Part shown: positions 1 to 9,957 of the stretch, one piece after another | Position numbering within the stretch: the first letter of the stretch is position 1 | Layout: every line of letters starts with the position of its first letter | From: Syntrophales bacterium | GTDB lineage: Bacteria; Desulfobacterota; Syntrophia; Syntrophales; UBA2210 | NCBI GenBank assembly: GCA_963662405.2 | Contig: CAXXKT010000001.1 | Location: forward strand, 960,001-1,024,000 | Reading direction: 5' to 3' | DNA length: 64,000 nt | Translations under genes and position numbers: made by a program | Notes under the pieces: model-generated | Told to the model about the DNA's origin: nothing | The model's database searches: none | Seen by the model: the letters and a program-made list of their open reading frames with translations, nothing else

Positions 1-930
1 TTAACTGTCGATCTGACGGGACAGGTCTGTTCAGACTCTCTGGGGTTCCTCTTTTACAGCGGTATCGGGGGTCAAGTCGATTTCGTCCGCGGGGCCGCCC
101 TGTCACGTCACGGAAAATCCATCATGACCCTCCCGTCCACCACGGAGGACGGCACCAAATCTCGTATTGTCCCCTACCCGGAACAAGGGAGCGGTGTGGT
201 CGTGACGAGGGGTGATGTCCACTACGTGGTTACCGAGTACGGAACGGCCTTCATTCACGGCAAATCGATCAGAGACCGGGCGATGGCCCTCATCAATATC
301 GCCCATCCTGATTTTCGTGAAGAGCTGCTCGAGGCTGCAAAGAAACAGGGATACGTATACAAGGACCAGATAATCCCCGTGGCTCTGTACCCGAAAGAAT
401 ATGAAATATCCTTTACCGATAAAAAAGGGCAGGAAATATTTTTCAGACCGGCGAAACCTACGGATGAACGGATGATCCAGGATCTGATCTATTCTCTGCC
501 GAAGCAGGATATCTACACCAGGTTTTTTACCAATCTTATGGCCTTTCCCCATACGGTCGCCATGCCTTTCGCCGCCATCGATTATGACGACAAGATGGCG
601 ATTATCGGCCTTATCGGCAGGGAAGACGCGGAGGGAAAAGAAAGGGTCGTCGGCGTCGGGCGTTATTACAGAAATCCCACCACGAATTATGCTGAAGTGG
701 CCTTCACGACCCACAACGAATGGCAGAACAGGGGAATCGGAACATTTCTGCTCCGATTCCTGATCCGCATTGCCCGGGAGAAAAATATCAAAGGATTTAC
801 GGCGGACGTCCTGGCCAGCAATCCGCATATGATACAGGTATTCACCCATGCCGGGTATCCTGTGACCAGTCATCTTGAACAGGGTGTTCACGAACTCAAG
901 ATACCCTTCGAAGCCGAATCGCCACAGTAA
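1..930 (+). CDS. Acetyl-CoA hydrolase/CoA-transferase C-terminal domain fused to a GNAT acetyltransferase (5' end outside the window)
   Basis: The frame is open from base 1: LTVDLTGQVCSDSLG..YSGIGGQVDFVRGA..DVHYVVTEYG..RAMALINIAHPDFRE (CoA-transferase motifs). It continues into the GNAT motif AEVAF..WQNRGIGTFLL. Confidence 0.9.
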   Translation, partial: LTVDLTGQVCSDSLGFLFYSGIGGQVDFVRGAALSRHGKSIMTLPSTTEDGTKSRIVPYPEQGSGVVVTRGDVHYVVTEYGTAFIHGKSIRDRAMALINIAHPDFREELLEAAKKQGYVYKDQIIPVALYPKEYEISFTDKKGQEIFFRPAKPTDERMIQDLIYSLPKQDIYTRFFTNLMAFPHTVAMPFAAIDYDDKMAIIGLIGREDAEGKERVVGVGRYYRNPTTNYAEVAFTTHNEWQNRGIGTFLLRFLIRIAREKNIKGFTADVLASNPHMIQVFTHAGYPVTSHLEQGVHELKIPFEAESPQ

Positions 931-982
931 CAAGGAAACAAGGGACTGATCCCGTGTAAAGATACTCGAAAAGGAAAACGCA

Positions 983-1017
983 AGAAGCGGTGACGGGCAC
1001 ACCCCGTCACCGCTTCT
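983..1017 (-). terminator. Strong hairpin, probable intrinsic terminator
   Basis: Perfect 15-bp stem AGAAGCGGTGACGGG/CCCGTCACCGCTTCT with a 5-nt loop. A T-rich tail (TGCGTTTTCCTTTT) follows only on the minus strand. Confidence 0.7.
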
Positions 1018-1525
1018 ATGTATACTGAAAGGTAGGCGATACATCAGGATACCTCTCAGGTTGCAAGGGGGGGGCGGTGGACGAATAGGAGGGGATTAAG
1101 ATCATCCACCGCCAGGAAAATCAGGGACATAATGTGTAAGTATCAGCGGAATAAGCAACCAGAATCTATCAAATCCATGCCTTCTAAGGAGCAAAACTAC
1201 CTGTGGTCCCTTGCTTTGATTATCCGCAACGGACCTTCTGTGAACGGCTAGTACCGATGCCAGCCCGTTTATCCGGAGCGTGCGCCCCGCTCCAATATAT
1301 ATCGATTCTCCCGGTACCGTGCCGGAGATGCACATGAGAGTGGGGGATTAGGAAAACAAGAGCCATCATGCGAAAACCGCTATCACTTCCTTGAGTTTGT
1401 CTCCCGTCCTAATCCCCCGGGGTAAATGCCGACAAATCTTCAACCTCCTTTACTACCGTCGACTGCTGACAGGCTGTTAATAACTGCGTTGACAACGCCA
1501 TTGAACTTTTCAACGTCAACGTTCA
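983..1525 (-). ncRNA. Candidate sigma54-dependent structured non-coding RNA (boundaries approximate)
   Basis: No convincing ORF. Stem-loops at 1342-1418, 1307-1328, 1275-1293, 1073-1113 and 983-1017. Upstream there is a -24/-12-like element and an enhancer-like palindrome. Confidence 0.4.
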
Positions 1526-1536
1526 GGCATTCGTAC

Positions 1537-1552
1537 TTCATGAATCATGCCA
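1537..1552 (-). promoter_or_regulatory. Putative sigma54 (-24/-12) promoter
   Basis: Minus strand reads TGGCATGATTCATGAA: GG-N10-GA, a variant of GG-N10-GC. Confidence 0.45.
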
Positions 1553-1723
1553 CGGCATGCCCGGCTCCGAACAAAATTGAAAATACAATGTATTTACAGG
1601 ATTTTAGTTGTTCTTTCTCATGGGGAATGGCATGCTTTTGAGGAGAGAGTCGGGATGGTCACAATAACATCACGGCAGAACCGAAATCTAAATTTACATA
1701 TGATATCAATACAGTAGGGCCCA

Positions 1724-1738
1724 GCGTCAAAACGGCAC
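1724..1738. promoter_or_regulatory. Putative enhancer (UAS) for a sigma54 activator
   Basis: Imperfect palindrome GCGTC-AAAAC-GGCAC about 175 bp upstream of the -24/-12 element and just past the activator's stop codon. Confidence 0.35.
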
Positions 1739-1746
1739 GCATTACG

Positions 1747-3141
1747 TCATTCTGGCATATCCGCTGCTTCCGCCCATTCTTGCAGCTTTCGCTGCAGCGT
1801 CCTCAGGCCGATCCCGAGGATCCGCGCCGCCTGGGTGCGGTTATTCCCGGTTGCTTCCAAGACATTAAGAATATGGGCTTTTTCTACATCAGCAAGGGGG
1901 ATTAACCTCTCGCCCCCCCCGGGGGATGAAGACTCATCAAACAGTTGATCATGAACGGCGGTGGAGGTGAGGGCTGGCCCCTGTTCCATCAGAACGGACT
2001 TCGCAATGATGCTCTCCAGCTCCCGGACATTCCCGTGAAAGGGCTGTTCGAGAAGATTGCGAGCAAACGCGGGATCGAGGGAATGGATATTTTTGTTGTT
2101 GTTCCGAGCATGTATCTTGAGAAAATGCAGCGCCAGCGGAATGATATCCTTTTTTCGCTCTCTGAGGGGTGGGATCGTAATGTGAAACATGTTGAGGCGA
2201 TAAAAGAGATCCTTCCTGAACCGTTCCTTGTCTATCTCTTCCTTGATGTCCCTGTTGGTGGCCGAGATGATGCGGATATCGATGTCCCGCACCTGGGTGG
2301 TCCCAAGCCGGTAAAACTCCCTCTCTTGTATGACACGGAGCATCTTTCCCTGGAGCGACGGCTCCAGTTCTGCTATCTCGTCGAGGAAGAGCGTCCCCCC
2401 CTTGGCGGCCTCGAAAAAGCCCTTTTTGTCAGCAACGGCGCCGGTGTATGCACCCCGAGTATGACCGAAAAAATCGTCTTCAAAGAGTCCTTTGCTGAAT
2501 GAGGCCATGTTGACCGCGATAAAGGGGCCCTGTGAACGGGCACTCAGATTGTGGATAACCCGGGCAATCATCTCTTTACCGGTCCCTGATTCACCGGTTA
2601 TGACCAGGTTGTAGTCGGTCGGCGCCACGACCTCAACCTGGTGAAACACCATGGCCATGGATGGATCCTCGGCAACGATGTCTTGGAAGGCTGACGGATT
2701 CTGCAGATCGGTAAATCGCTGTCTTCGCTCGAAGAGGGCCAGTTTGTTTTTGAGGTTGTACCGTTCGAGGGCACGGTTGACGGCGATGATAAGGCGCTCA
2801 CTGTTGATCGGCTTGACCAGATAATCATAGGCCCCGAGTTGCATCGCCTGCACCGCCGATGGGACATCATCGACAGCCGTTATGATGATGCACTCAATGG
2901 ACGGGAATTTCTCTTTGATCTGCTGCAGGAGTTGCATCCCCCCCGGTTCGGGCATGATCAGATCCAAGAGAACCAGGTGGAATCGGTTATTCGCGACGGC
3001 ATCCATCACCTGACGGCTATCCGAAATCAGCGCTGGCTCAGGCATACCGGCACTGGCCAAAGCAGCCTTGATGCTGAGAAGCAGGCCCTTGTCATCATCG
3101 ACGGCAAGGATAGTGCTTTTCGTTGAATGCATGGGATCCAT
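1747..3141 (-). CDS. Sigma54-dependent response regulator (NtrC/AtoC family: REC-AAA+-HTH)
   Basis: Receiver domain (AVDDD, LLDLIMP), Walker A GESGTGKE, GAFTGA-like GAYTGA, LFLDEI, FRKDLFYRL, and a Fis-type HTH (GNNRTQAARILGI). Confidence 0.95.
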   Translation of the reverse strand: MDPMHSTKSTILAVDDDKGLLLSIKAALASAGMPEPALISDSRQVMDAVANNRFHLVLLDLIMPEPGGMQLLQQIKEKFPSIECIIITAVDDVPSAVQAMQLGAYDYLVKPINSERLIIAVNRALERYNLKNKLALFERRQRFTDLQNPSAFQDIVAEDPSMAMVFHQVEVVAPTDYNLVITGESGTGKEMIARVIHNLSARSQGPFIAVNMASFSKGLFEDDFFGHTRGAYTGAVADKKGFFEAAKGGTLFLDEIAELEPSLQGKMLRVIQEREFYRLGTTQVRDIDIRIISATNRDIKEEIDKERFRKDLFYRLNMFHITIPPLRERKKDIIPLALHFLKIHARNNNKNIHSLDPAFARNLLEQPFHGNVRELESIIAKSVLMEQGPALTSTAVHDQLFDESSSPGGGERLIPLADVEKAHILNVLEATGNNRTQAARILGIGLRTLQRKLQEWAEAADMPE

Positions 3142-3167
3142 CAGAACTCCTTCAGTCGTGTTGAGGG

Positions 3168-6100
3168 TTATACGTTCACTGCTGGGAAGGTCACGGTAAA
3201 GGTCGTCCCTGCTCCCCGCTTGCTGGCAAAGGTAATCTCTCCACCATGCGCCTGAACGAGATTATAGGTGATGGGAAGGCCAAGACCGGTCCCGCCTTCG
3301 GCCTGGCGGGTGGTAACAAAGGGATCGAACAGTTTGTCGATGATTGCAGGATCGACGCCGGGACCGTTATCGGCAATAGTAACACATGCCTTGCCTCTTC
3401 TTTTCTGAAGACTGGTCGTTATCCTGATTGCGCCGCCGCCATGATCGACCGCCTGGATGGCGTTTATGGCAATATTCATCACGATCTGTTCGATACTCTG
3501 GAGATTCCCCTCTATCTCGGGAGATTTTTTTGCCATTTTCATCTCCAGGGTGATATTTGCTTTCCGCACCGTGGTTTCTATCAACCGGAGGGCATTGTGT
3601 ACAGCCGTATTGATCTCGATTACCGTTTTGTCGGTGATACTTGATTGCTTGGTATAACTCTTGAGGTTGCTCACGGTTTTGGCAACCCGATTTGCCGCCA
3701 TCTCCATGTCGGAGATAAGTTGCGGCAAATTCCCTTTTAAAAAATTACACGTCAACCCTCCATACTTGCGCGTCGGCATCCTCTTTTCTTCCTCTTCCAG
3801 GACAGGTATGACATCCGTCCAGACCTTCTGAAGGAGAGGAAGGTCAAACATGATCTTGTTGACCGGGTTGTTGATCTCATGTGCCACACCGGCCACCAGG
3901 GTCCCCAAGGCTTCCATCTTCTGGGCATGCAGCAGTTGTGCCTCGAGCTGTTCCTTTTCCGCCCCCGCTCGTTTTTGGTCAGTAATATCTTCAATCATAA
4001 CAATAAAATAAAGGGGCTTTGCGTTCTCGTCATATATGACGGAAGCCGTAACACTTGCCCATAGAATCGCTCCATCCTTTCTGAGATATCTTTTTTCCGT
4101 CTTATAATACGGTATCTGTCCTCGCAACAACTGTGCCACTCGTTGCAGATCCTGGTCTATAGAATCGGGGTGAGTGATGTCGACAAAGGTCAGTCCGATC
4201 AGTTCGGCCTCTTCATACCCCAGCATTGCGCAGAGGGTTGCATTGACCCGTTCAAATTTATAACTGAGATTGAGAAAGGCCATCCCGAGCGCCCCTCCCT
4301 CAAAGATCTTCCTGAAACGTTCTTCATTCTCCCGAACCTGCTTTTCAGCCTTCTTTCTTTCGGTAATATCCCGAAACGTCCCCTGCAGGACTTCCTTACC
4401 CTTAATGGGAATAACCTGCGCGAGGATTTCAACGGGTACCAATATCCCATCTCTGCGCCGGATAACCCGTTCATTGACTCGTTTCCCCCGCTTTTGTATA
4501 ACCTTCTCAAACCCTGCCTGCACGTCCGCCTTGAGATATTCAGGATACAGGTGCAGGTGGTTCATCCCGATGATCTCCTCCCGTGGGATCATGACAAGCT
4601 GTGCGGCAGCCGGATTGGCATCGACGATTACTCCCGTGTCGATATCGGCCAGAAAGATGGGATCCGGGGCACCTTCAAAGAGTGCCCGGTACTGTGTTTC
4701 GCTGTTCTGCAGGGCCTCTTCCGCCCTTTTCAGGTCAGTGGTGTCCCGGCCCACCGACTGATATTCTACCAAGACTCCCTGGTCGTCAAAGATACCGTGA
4801 TTGACCCATTCCTGCCACCGGAGCGCTTCATGCCTGTCGATGACCTGATGTTCGTGCCGTACCTCTTGAACCCGAGGGTCCAGCAGTTTCGCGTGGTATT
4901 CCTCAACCTCTCTGCGCTGCCCTTCGGGAATGAACGGCATGAAGCTCTTCCCGATCAATTCCTCCCGATCTTTACCGGTGTATCGGCAGTATGCCTCGTT
5001 GACAAAGGTAAGCCGCCAGTCCGACGTGTACCGACAGATCAGTTCCGCCTGATTTTCAACGACGGCCCGATACCTTTCCTCACTCTCCCGAAGCGCTTCT
5101 TCCGCCTTCCGGCGTTCGGTCACATCCTCCCCATGGACAATGGTAGCGATCAATGCACCACCTGCATCAGCGTAGATATTAGCGGAATTCCACAGCCCGA
5201 CCGCGATCCCACCGTCCCGGTGCCGAATCAAACCCTCCTCGGCATACAGATCTTTCCCCTCTCTCTGGGCCTGTGCGATTCGATTCAATGCCTGAATCCG
5301 GCTGGTATCGGGGTAAAGGACATCCAAAGAGCGACCGCGCATCTCTTCTTCAGTCCTACCGCTCATCCGCTCAAATGCCTCGTTGAAAATGGTCACCGCG
5401 CCATGGTCGTTCAGAACCACAACCGGGGCATTGGCACACCGAATCAGGTTATTCAGGTAATCGGTGGTTTCTCGCAACTCCTTCGTTCGTTTTTGCACCT
5501 CTCTCCGGAGGAGATCGGACCACCGATACACGGCAAGGGATGAAAAAAAACCGGCCACGACAAGAAAGAGAATAATGAAGGCAAAGGTTTGGAAGACCTG
5601 GGCTCCAGCCACTCGAATAATCTTATCCACCTCTTTGACGGGGGCCACCACGGCAACCGACCAGATCTGATCGATCACACGGACGGGGGAATAGGCGATC
5701 AGTTTTTCGATACGTCCCGTCTTCCCTCGGTGCCACCCTGAGACGTAGCGGCCGATCCCCTCGCTCCCCACCATGATTTTCTGCTGGATATCATTGATCG
5801 ATTCGTATGACAGCTCGGGATTGGTTTTCTCCCGTACCCGGAAGGCGTCCTGACCGACAAAGGTATCCACGTTGTGGGCGAGGAAATAGCCGTCCTGATC
5901 CATGAGCCAGGCATATCCCGTCTCCCCCGAGGTGATGGGCGCGATAAAGACGGACGCTATCGACTTGAGGTCGAAGGAGATGACGAGGACACCGGTACAT
6001 TTCTTGGTCTCTCCCGGTATATCTTTGACATAGACCGGCGCGGACATTCTGATGCGCTTTTCGCCGATTTCATTGACGGTTATGCCCGATAATATAACGC

Positions 6101-6566
6101 GCCCTTTTCCCAGTGCCTGCTGAAAATATGCCTCATCGCCGTAATACCCGCCAGCCAAGTCGCCATGCCAGTCATCCGAGGGGTAGATAAATCGCAATAC
6201 CCCCTCCTCATCGAGACGCCGGATGGAGGTCCTCGGAATGAACCCGAGGTACATATTCTGCATATATTCGGGGGCGTTTTCGGTCATGTGCCGGATGACA
6301 CTGACCTGCGTGGCCGATACGAGCGCGGCCTTGACCTCGCTGAAATAGGTCTCAATCCCTGCGGCGGCCGAACGAGCAAGGATCAGCTGGTGTTGATTGA
6401 ACTGTTCGAGGGCCGTGCGCCGGGTGGTCCCGTACGTTCTCATCCCCAAAAAGGCCGTTACACCAACTGCAAAGACGGTAATACCGATAATGGTTATCTG
6501 GATCCACCATGACGGTCGGTCGACACCGTGCTTACCGGCGATCATCTGTTCGTGGGGGTGGCTCAT
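3168..6566 (-). CDS. Membrane sensor histidine kinase (Cache-like extracytoplasmic domain, four PAS domains, HisKA, HATPase)
   Basis: Two TM segments flank a periplasmic domain. Repeated PAS/PAC ends (D-x-T-[ED]), H-box VAHEINNP, G-boxes DNGPG and GTGLGL. Start placed at the ATG with a GGAG RBS. Confidence 0.93.
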   Translation of the reverse strand: MSHPHEQMIAGKHGVDRPSWWIQITIIGITVFAVGVTAFLGMRTYGTTRRTALEQFNQHQLILARSAAAGIETYFSEVKAALVSATQVSVIRHMTENAPEYMQNMYLGFIPRTSIRRLDEEGVLRFIYPSDDWHGDLAGGYYGDEAYFQQALGKGRVILSGITVNEIGEKRIRMSAPVYVKDIPGETKKCTGVLVISFDLKSIASVFIAPITSGETGYAWLMDQDGYFLAHNVDTFVGQDAFRVREKTNPELSYESINDIQQKIMVGSEGIGRYVSGWHRGKTGRIEKLIAYSPVRVIDQIWSVAVVAPVKEVDKIIRVAGAQVFQTFAFIILFLVVAGFFSSLAVYRWSDLLRREVQKRTKELRETTDYLNNLIRCANAPVVVLNDHGAVTIFNEAFERMSGRTEEEMRGRSLDVLYPDTSRIQALNRIAQAQREGKDLYAEEGLIRHRDGGIAVGLWNSANIYADAGGALIATIVHGEDVTERRKAEEALRESEERYRAVVENQAELICRYTSDWRLTFVNEAYCRYTGKDREELIGKSFMPFIPEGQRREVEEYHAKLLDPRVQEVRHEHQVIDRHEALRWQEWVNHGIFDDQGVLVEYQSVGRDTTDLKRAEEALQNSETQYRALFEGAPDPIFLADIDTGVIVDANPAAAQLVMIPREEIIGMNHLHLYPEYLKADVQAGFEKVIQKRGKRVNERVIRRRDGILVPVEILAQVIPIKGKEVLQGTFRDITERKKAEKQVRENEERFRKIFEGGALGMAFLNLSYKFERVNATLCAMLGYEEAELIGLTFVDITHPDSIDQDLQRVAQLLRGQIPYYKTEKRYLRKDGAILWASVTASVIYDENAKPLYFIVMIEDITDQKRAGAEKEQLEAQLLHAQKMEALGTLVAGVAHEINNPVNKIMFDLPLLQKVWTDVIPVLEEEEKRMPTRKYGGLTCNFLKGNLPQLISDMEMAANRVAKTVSNLKSYTKQSSITDKTVIEINTAVHNALRLIETTVRKANITLEMKMAKKSPEIEGNLQSIEQIVMNIAINAIQAVDHGGGAIRITTSLQKRRGKACVTIADNGPGVDPAIIDKLFDPFVTTRQAEGGTGLGLPITYNLVQAHGGEITFASKRGAGTTFTVTFPAVNV

Positions 6567-6773
6567 GCTCTCTCCTGCCCGCCTGACAGCCAGTCTCCCG
6601 CATCCCTTCATGCCACAGGGTACAAAAGGTCATCCATCCTGGCTTAAGTTGTATGATATCTGAATAGAAAAGTTTTCCCCATCATCTTCCCGTTGGTTTC
6701 CTGTATGCTGATATCCGGTGTACTGTCCTGAATCTCGCGCGTTTTTCCGGCGAACAGGCGCTCAGGAAAAGGC

Positions 6774-9707
6774 CTACATCACCTTGACCGGTGTCAGCGG
6801 CGGCACATCCCCCCCTGCGGCATTCCCGATGGCACTCTCGGAGCCCAGCACCTTCACCAATCCGTGGCCCGCGACTTCATCCAGGACATCCGCAAAGCGT
6901 GTAAAATCATCCGCCGTCGTGGCAAAGATCTCATCGCGTACCCGCTGCAGGTCCTCGTCCGTATTCCCCGTCAGATATCGTATCATCGAGGCATATCCCT
7001 TGGCATCGGGGAACAGATAGGCATCCATATCCCCGATGGCGCCGATAATTCCCTTGTGCAGTTCATCCATGCTCAGTGTACCATTCCGGAGAAATCCGGC
7101 CGTGCCGTCAAAGGCCTCGACGGTCTTCAGGACATTCGGGTCACGGTATGAAAGGAAGGTCAATACTCCGGAAAATTTATCGAAATTACAGAAAGCCCCG
7201 TACGCGCCCCCCCGTACCCGCACCTGATCCCACAACCAGGAGGTCCTGAGATATCGGGTGATCACCCTGACAGAGCCGTGATAGGAATATCCCGACCGGT
7301 ACAAATCGGCCCCCTTCCCCACATAGCTGATCTGGGAGGGAACGATCAGCCCCTCATGTCCGGGTATTTCTCCGTTCGACACGAGCAGAGCGGAACGATT
7401 CTCCCGCGCGACGGGCGATTCGGCCGGGAGTTCTCCAACAAAATCGGAAAGGTGTGGCCGAACCTGTTTCCAACCCTCCTCATCAACCGTGACATTACAG
7501 AGAACGGACTCCTGATTGACCAGGACACGCCGCATTTCCTCAAGGGTGGCGCGAATAGCGTCCCAGTCCTTCTCCATCCGCTCGGCAAGATCCCGCAGGA
7601 AGAAGAGATAACTGACCCCGTTCAGCTGTTCAGAGAGCCGACCGGCTTCGTCGAAATGCGACCTCAGGCGCAGGTTGACGATCTGGTGTCCACTGGGGAT
7701 CAGGTGCTGCTCCTGCCGGGCCTTTTCTTCCATGACCATCTGCCTGAACCGCTCCCGGTTGTCCACCCTGACATCCATCAGGATATCTCTGATAATCGAG
7801 AAAAGATCTCCCGTTTGAGGGAGCATTGCCTTCCCACACAGAAACAGCCTCGCCTCGGGACCATGCTGTGCATCTTTGACCGATGACACAAAAAGAGACG
7901 GATAGAGCCCTCCCGTCTTCCGGTCAATCCGCTGGGAAAGGGAGACATAATCCTCGGTGTGCGTACCCATTTCCAGGAGCGCCCTGCTGAAGAGCGGAAT
8001 ATACTGCAGATATCCCGCGGGGAGGCCACGCAGATTGAGACCGACCTCGACATACGCTATCCCGCTCGTCGCTATGTCATGATACAGAACCCGGGAGCCC
8101 TTCTCATTCAGAACAGCGATCGGTATCGTCTTGTTCTGCGTTTCCAGATCGGCAATCTTCAAGGTTGGAATGGTCGCCAGGGCCTCGGGAGTGTCGGGCG
8201 TCTCCTGTATTGCTTTGAGGTGTGTGGTATTCTCCACCATCCGTTTCAATCCATCCGAGTCCGCTGCTTGGAGGACGGCTTGGAGCCGTTCTTTTTCCGC
8301 GGCCTCCATCCTGTCTTCCAGTTCCGGGTCCGGGTGTATGATGACCGTGGCACGGTGTGCATTCTCCAGGAAGCATTCCCGGATCAGGACCTCGAAGAAA
8401 TCCTTCTTCGAGGCGATGCGGGTATTGATCTCCGCCAGGATCGATTCGAAGGAAAGGAGGGCAAGGGGGTCACCGTCATACAGCCAGGTTGTCATCGCCC
8501 TGAGCATCAGGACCAAACCGCGGGGGTAACTGCCCGTATTGTTTTCACGGAGACTGAATTCGATGGTATTGAGGGCCGCCTCCACCGCCTTCGGATCGAT
8601 ACCGTCTGTTGCCAACCCAGTCAGGGTATCCATGATCAGGGCCTCGACGGCGTCTTCCTTCCCCGGTGTGATCCCTTTCAATCCCACGGAGAACACGAGC
8701 TGTCTCAGTTCTCCTTCCAACCCGCCTCCGGTGATATCCTCCCCCAGACCGGACTCAATCAGCGCCTTGCGCAGGGGAGACCCGGGGGTGCCGAGAAGAA
8801 TGTATCCCAGGATATTGAACGCCATGGAGGTCACGGCATCGCTTGTCTCCCCCAAGACCCAGTTGACGGTCATCATGCTCCCGGACGTGTCATCACCTGC
8901 GGCAAAGGGGCGTCTGATCCGTCGCGGGGCATCAAAGCGGGGCTGCAGGGCAACCGTCGAATCAACCGTTATTTGCTTGAAATCTTTTAGATATTCGTCG
9001 ACCAAACGGAGTCTCTCGCCAGGATCGTCATCACCGGAAAAGAAGATGCGCGCATTGGAGGGATGGTAGTACCGGCGGTGGAATTCTGTGAACTGCTCAT
9101 AACTCAGGTCGGGAATAACGGTGGGGTCTCCGCCGGAATCGAGCCCGTAGGTTGTATCGGGAAAGAGCGCCTGCTGTGAATATTCGGCAAGGACCCGGTC
9201 CGGAGACGAGTTCGCCCCTTTCATCTCATTGAAGACCACCCCCTTATAGACGAGGGGACCAGCGGGATCCTCTATCTCATAGTGCCACCCCTCCTGCTGG
9301 AAAATCGCGGGGGTAATACGCGGATAGAAAACGGCATCCAGATAGACATCGATCAGGTTATAGAAATCCTGAAGATTCTGGCTTGCAACGGGATAGCAGG
9401 TCTTGTCCGGGTAGGTGAAGGCGTTGAGGAATGTCTGCAATGAACCCTTCAGTATCTCCACGAACGGTTCCTTCACGGGATACTTGCGGGAACCGCAGAG
9501 AACGGAATGCTCCAGGATATGGGGGACACCCGTGGAGTCGACGGGTGGCGTCCGAAAGGTAATGCCGAACACCTTGTTTTCATCATCATTGATCAGAGAC
9601 AGGAGTTCGGCCCCCGTTCGGAGGTGCCGGTACAGCCGCGCCTCTGTCTTCAATTCGCTGATGTATTGTTTCCGTACGAGATCGAACCCATAGCATTGTT
9701 CTGTCAT
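6774..9707 (-). CDS. Insulinase-family zinc peptidase M16C (PreP/presequence-protease-like)
   Basis: Inverted zinc motif HILEH in TGVPHILEHSVLCGSRKYPVKEPF; also FLNAFTYPDKTCYP, RVRGGAYG and SYRDP. Confidence 0.93.
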   Translation of the reverse strand: MTEQCYGFDLVRKQYISELKTEARLYRHLRTGAELLSLINDDENKVFGITFRTPPVDSTGVPHILEHSVLCGSRKYPVKEPFVEILKGSLQTFLNAFTYPDKTCYPVASQNLQDFYNLIDVYLDAVFYPRITPAIFQQEGWHYEIEDPAGPLVYKGVVFNEMKGANSSPDRVLAEYSQQALFPDTTYGLDSGGDPTVIPDLSYEQFTEFHRRYYHPSNARIFFSGDDDPGERLRLVDEYLKDFKQITVDSTVALQPRFDAPRRIRRPFAAGDDTSGSMMTVNWVLGETSDAVTSMAFNILGYILLGTPGSPLRKALIESGLGEDITGGGLEGELRQLVFSVGLKGITPGKEDAVEALIMDTLTGLATDGIDPKAVEAALNTIEFSLRENNTGSYPRGLVLMLRAMTTWLYDGDPLALLSFESILAEINTRIASKKDFFEVLIRECFLENAHRATVIIHPDPELEDRMEAAEKERLQAVLQAADSDGLKRMVENTTHLKAIQETPDTPEALATIPTLKIADLETQNKTIPIAVLNEKGSRVLYHDIATSGIAYVEVGLNLRGLPAGYLQYIPLFSRALLEMGTHTEDYVSLSQRIDRKTGGLYPSLFVSSVKDAQHGPEARLFLCGKAMLPQTGDLFSIIRDILMDVRVDNRERFRQMVMEEKARQEQHLIPSGHQIVNLRLRSHFDEAGRLSEQLNGVSYLFFLRDLAERMEKDWDAIRATLEEMRRVLVNQESVLCNVTVDEEGWKQVRPHLSDFVGELPAESPVARENRSALLVSNGEIPGHEGLIVPSQISYVGKGADLYRSGYSYHGSVRVITRYLRTSWLWDQVRVRGGAYGAFCNFDKFSGVLTFLSYRDPNVLKTVEAFDGTAGFLRNGTLSMDELHKGIIGAIGDMDAYLFPDAKGYASMIRYLTGNTDEDLQRVRDEIFATTADDFTRFADVLDEVAGHGLVKVLGSESAIGNAAGGDVPPLTPVKVM

Positions 9708-9957
9708 ATACCGCTCCCATTGTTTCATGTATTCAAAAAAGATGATGTTGTGCTTATACCTGCTTTCACCTTTCGGTGCAACCGCTCAGAGAGCCCCCTC
9801 CCCTCCCGCACGAAAGGACAGAGGTATCCACACCGGGACAGAGACGTACAACGTGGTAAGATGCTAATTTGCGCACAAAGGTCTTGCATAGGTCCCGTGT
9901 TTTGAGCTATTTAAGTCGGAATATACCCATTGTGGTTTATTCTGGATGGAGAAACTT

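Noticed and set aside
1102..1641. Short ORFs 1102-1335 (-) and 1426-1641 (+) in the first intergenic region
   Set aside because: No RBS or recognisable composition. The region is better explained by RNA structure and promoter elements.
4143..5543. Long antisense/alternate-frame ORFs (e.g. 4143-5543, 7959-8990, 14863-16416, 58540-59469)
   Set aside because: They are shadows of well-supported genes in GC-rich DNA and show no protein motifs.
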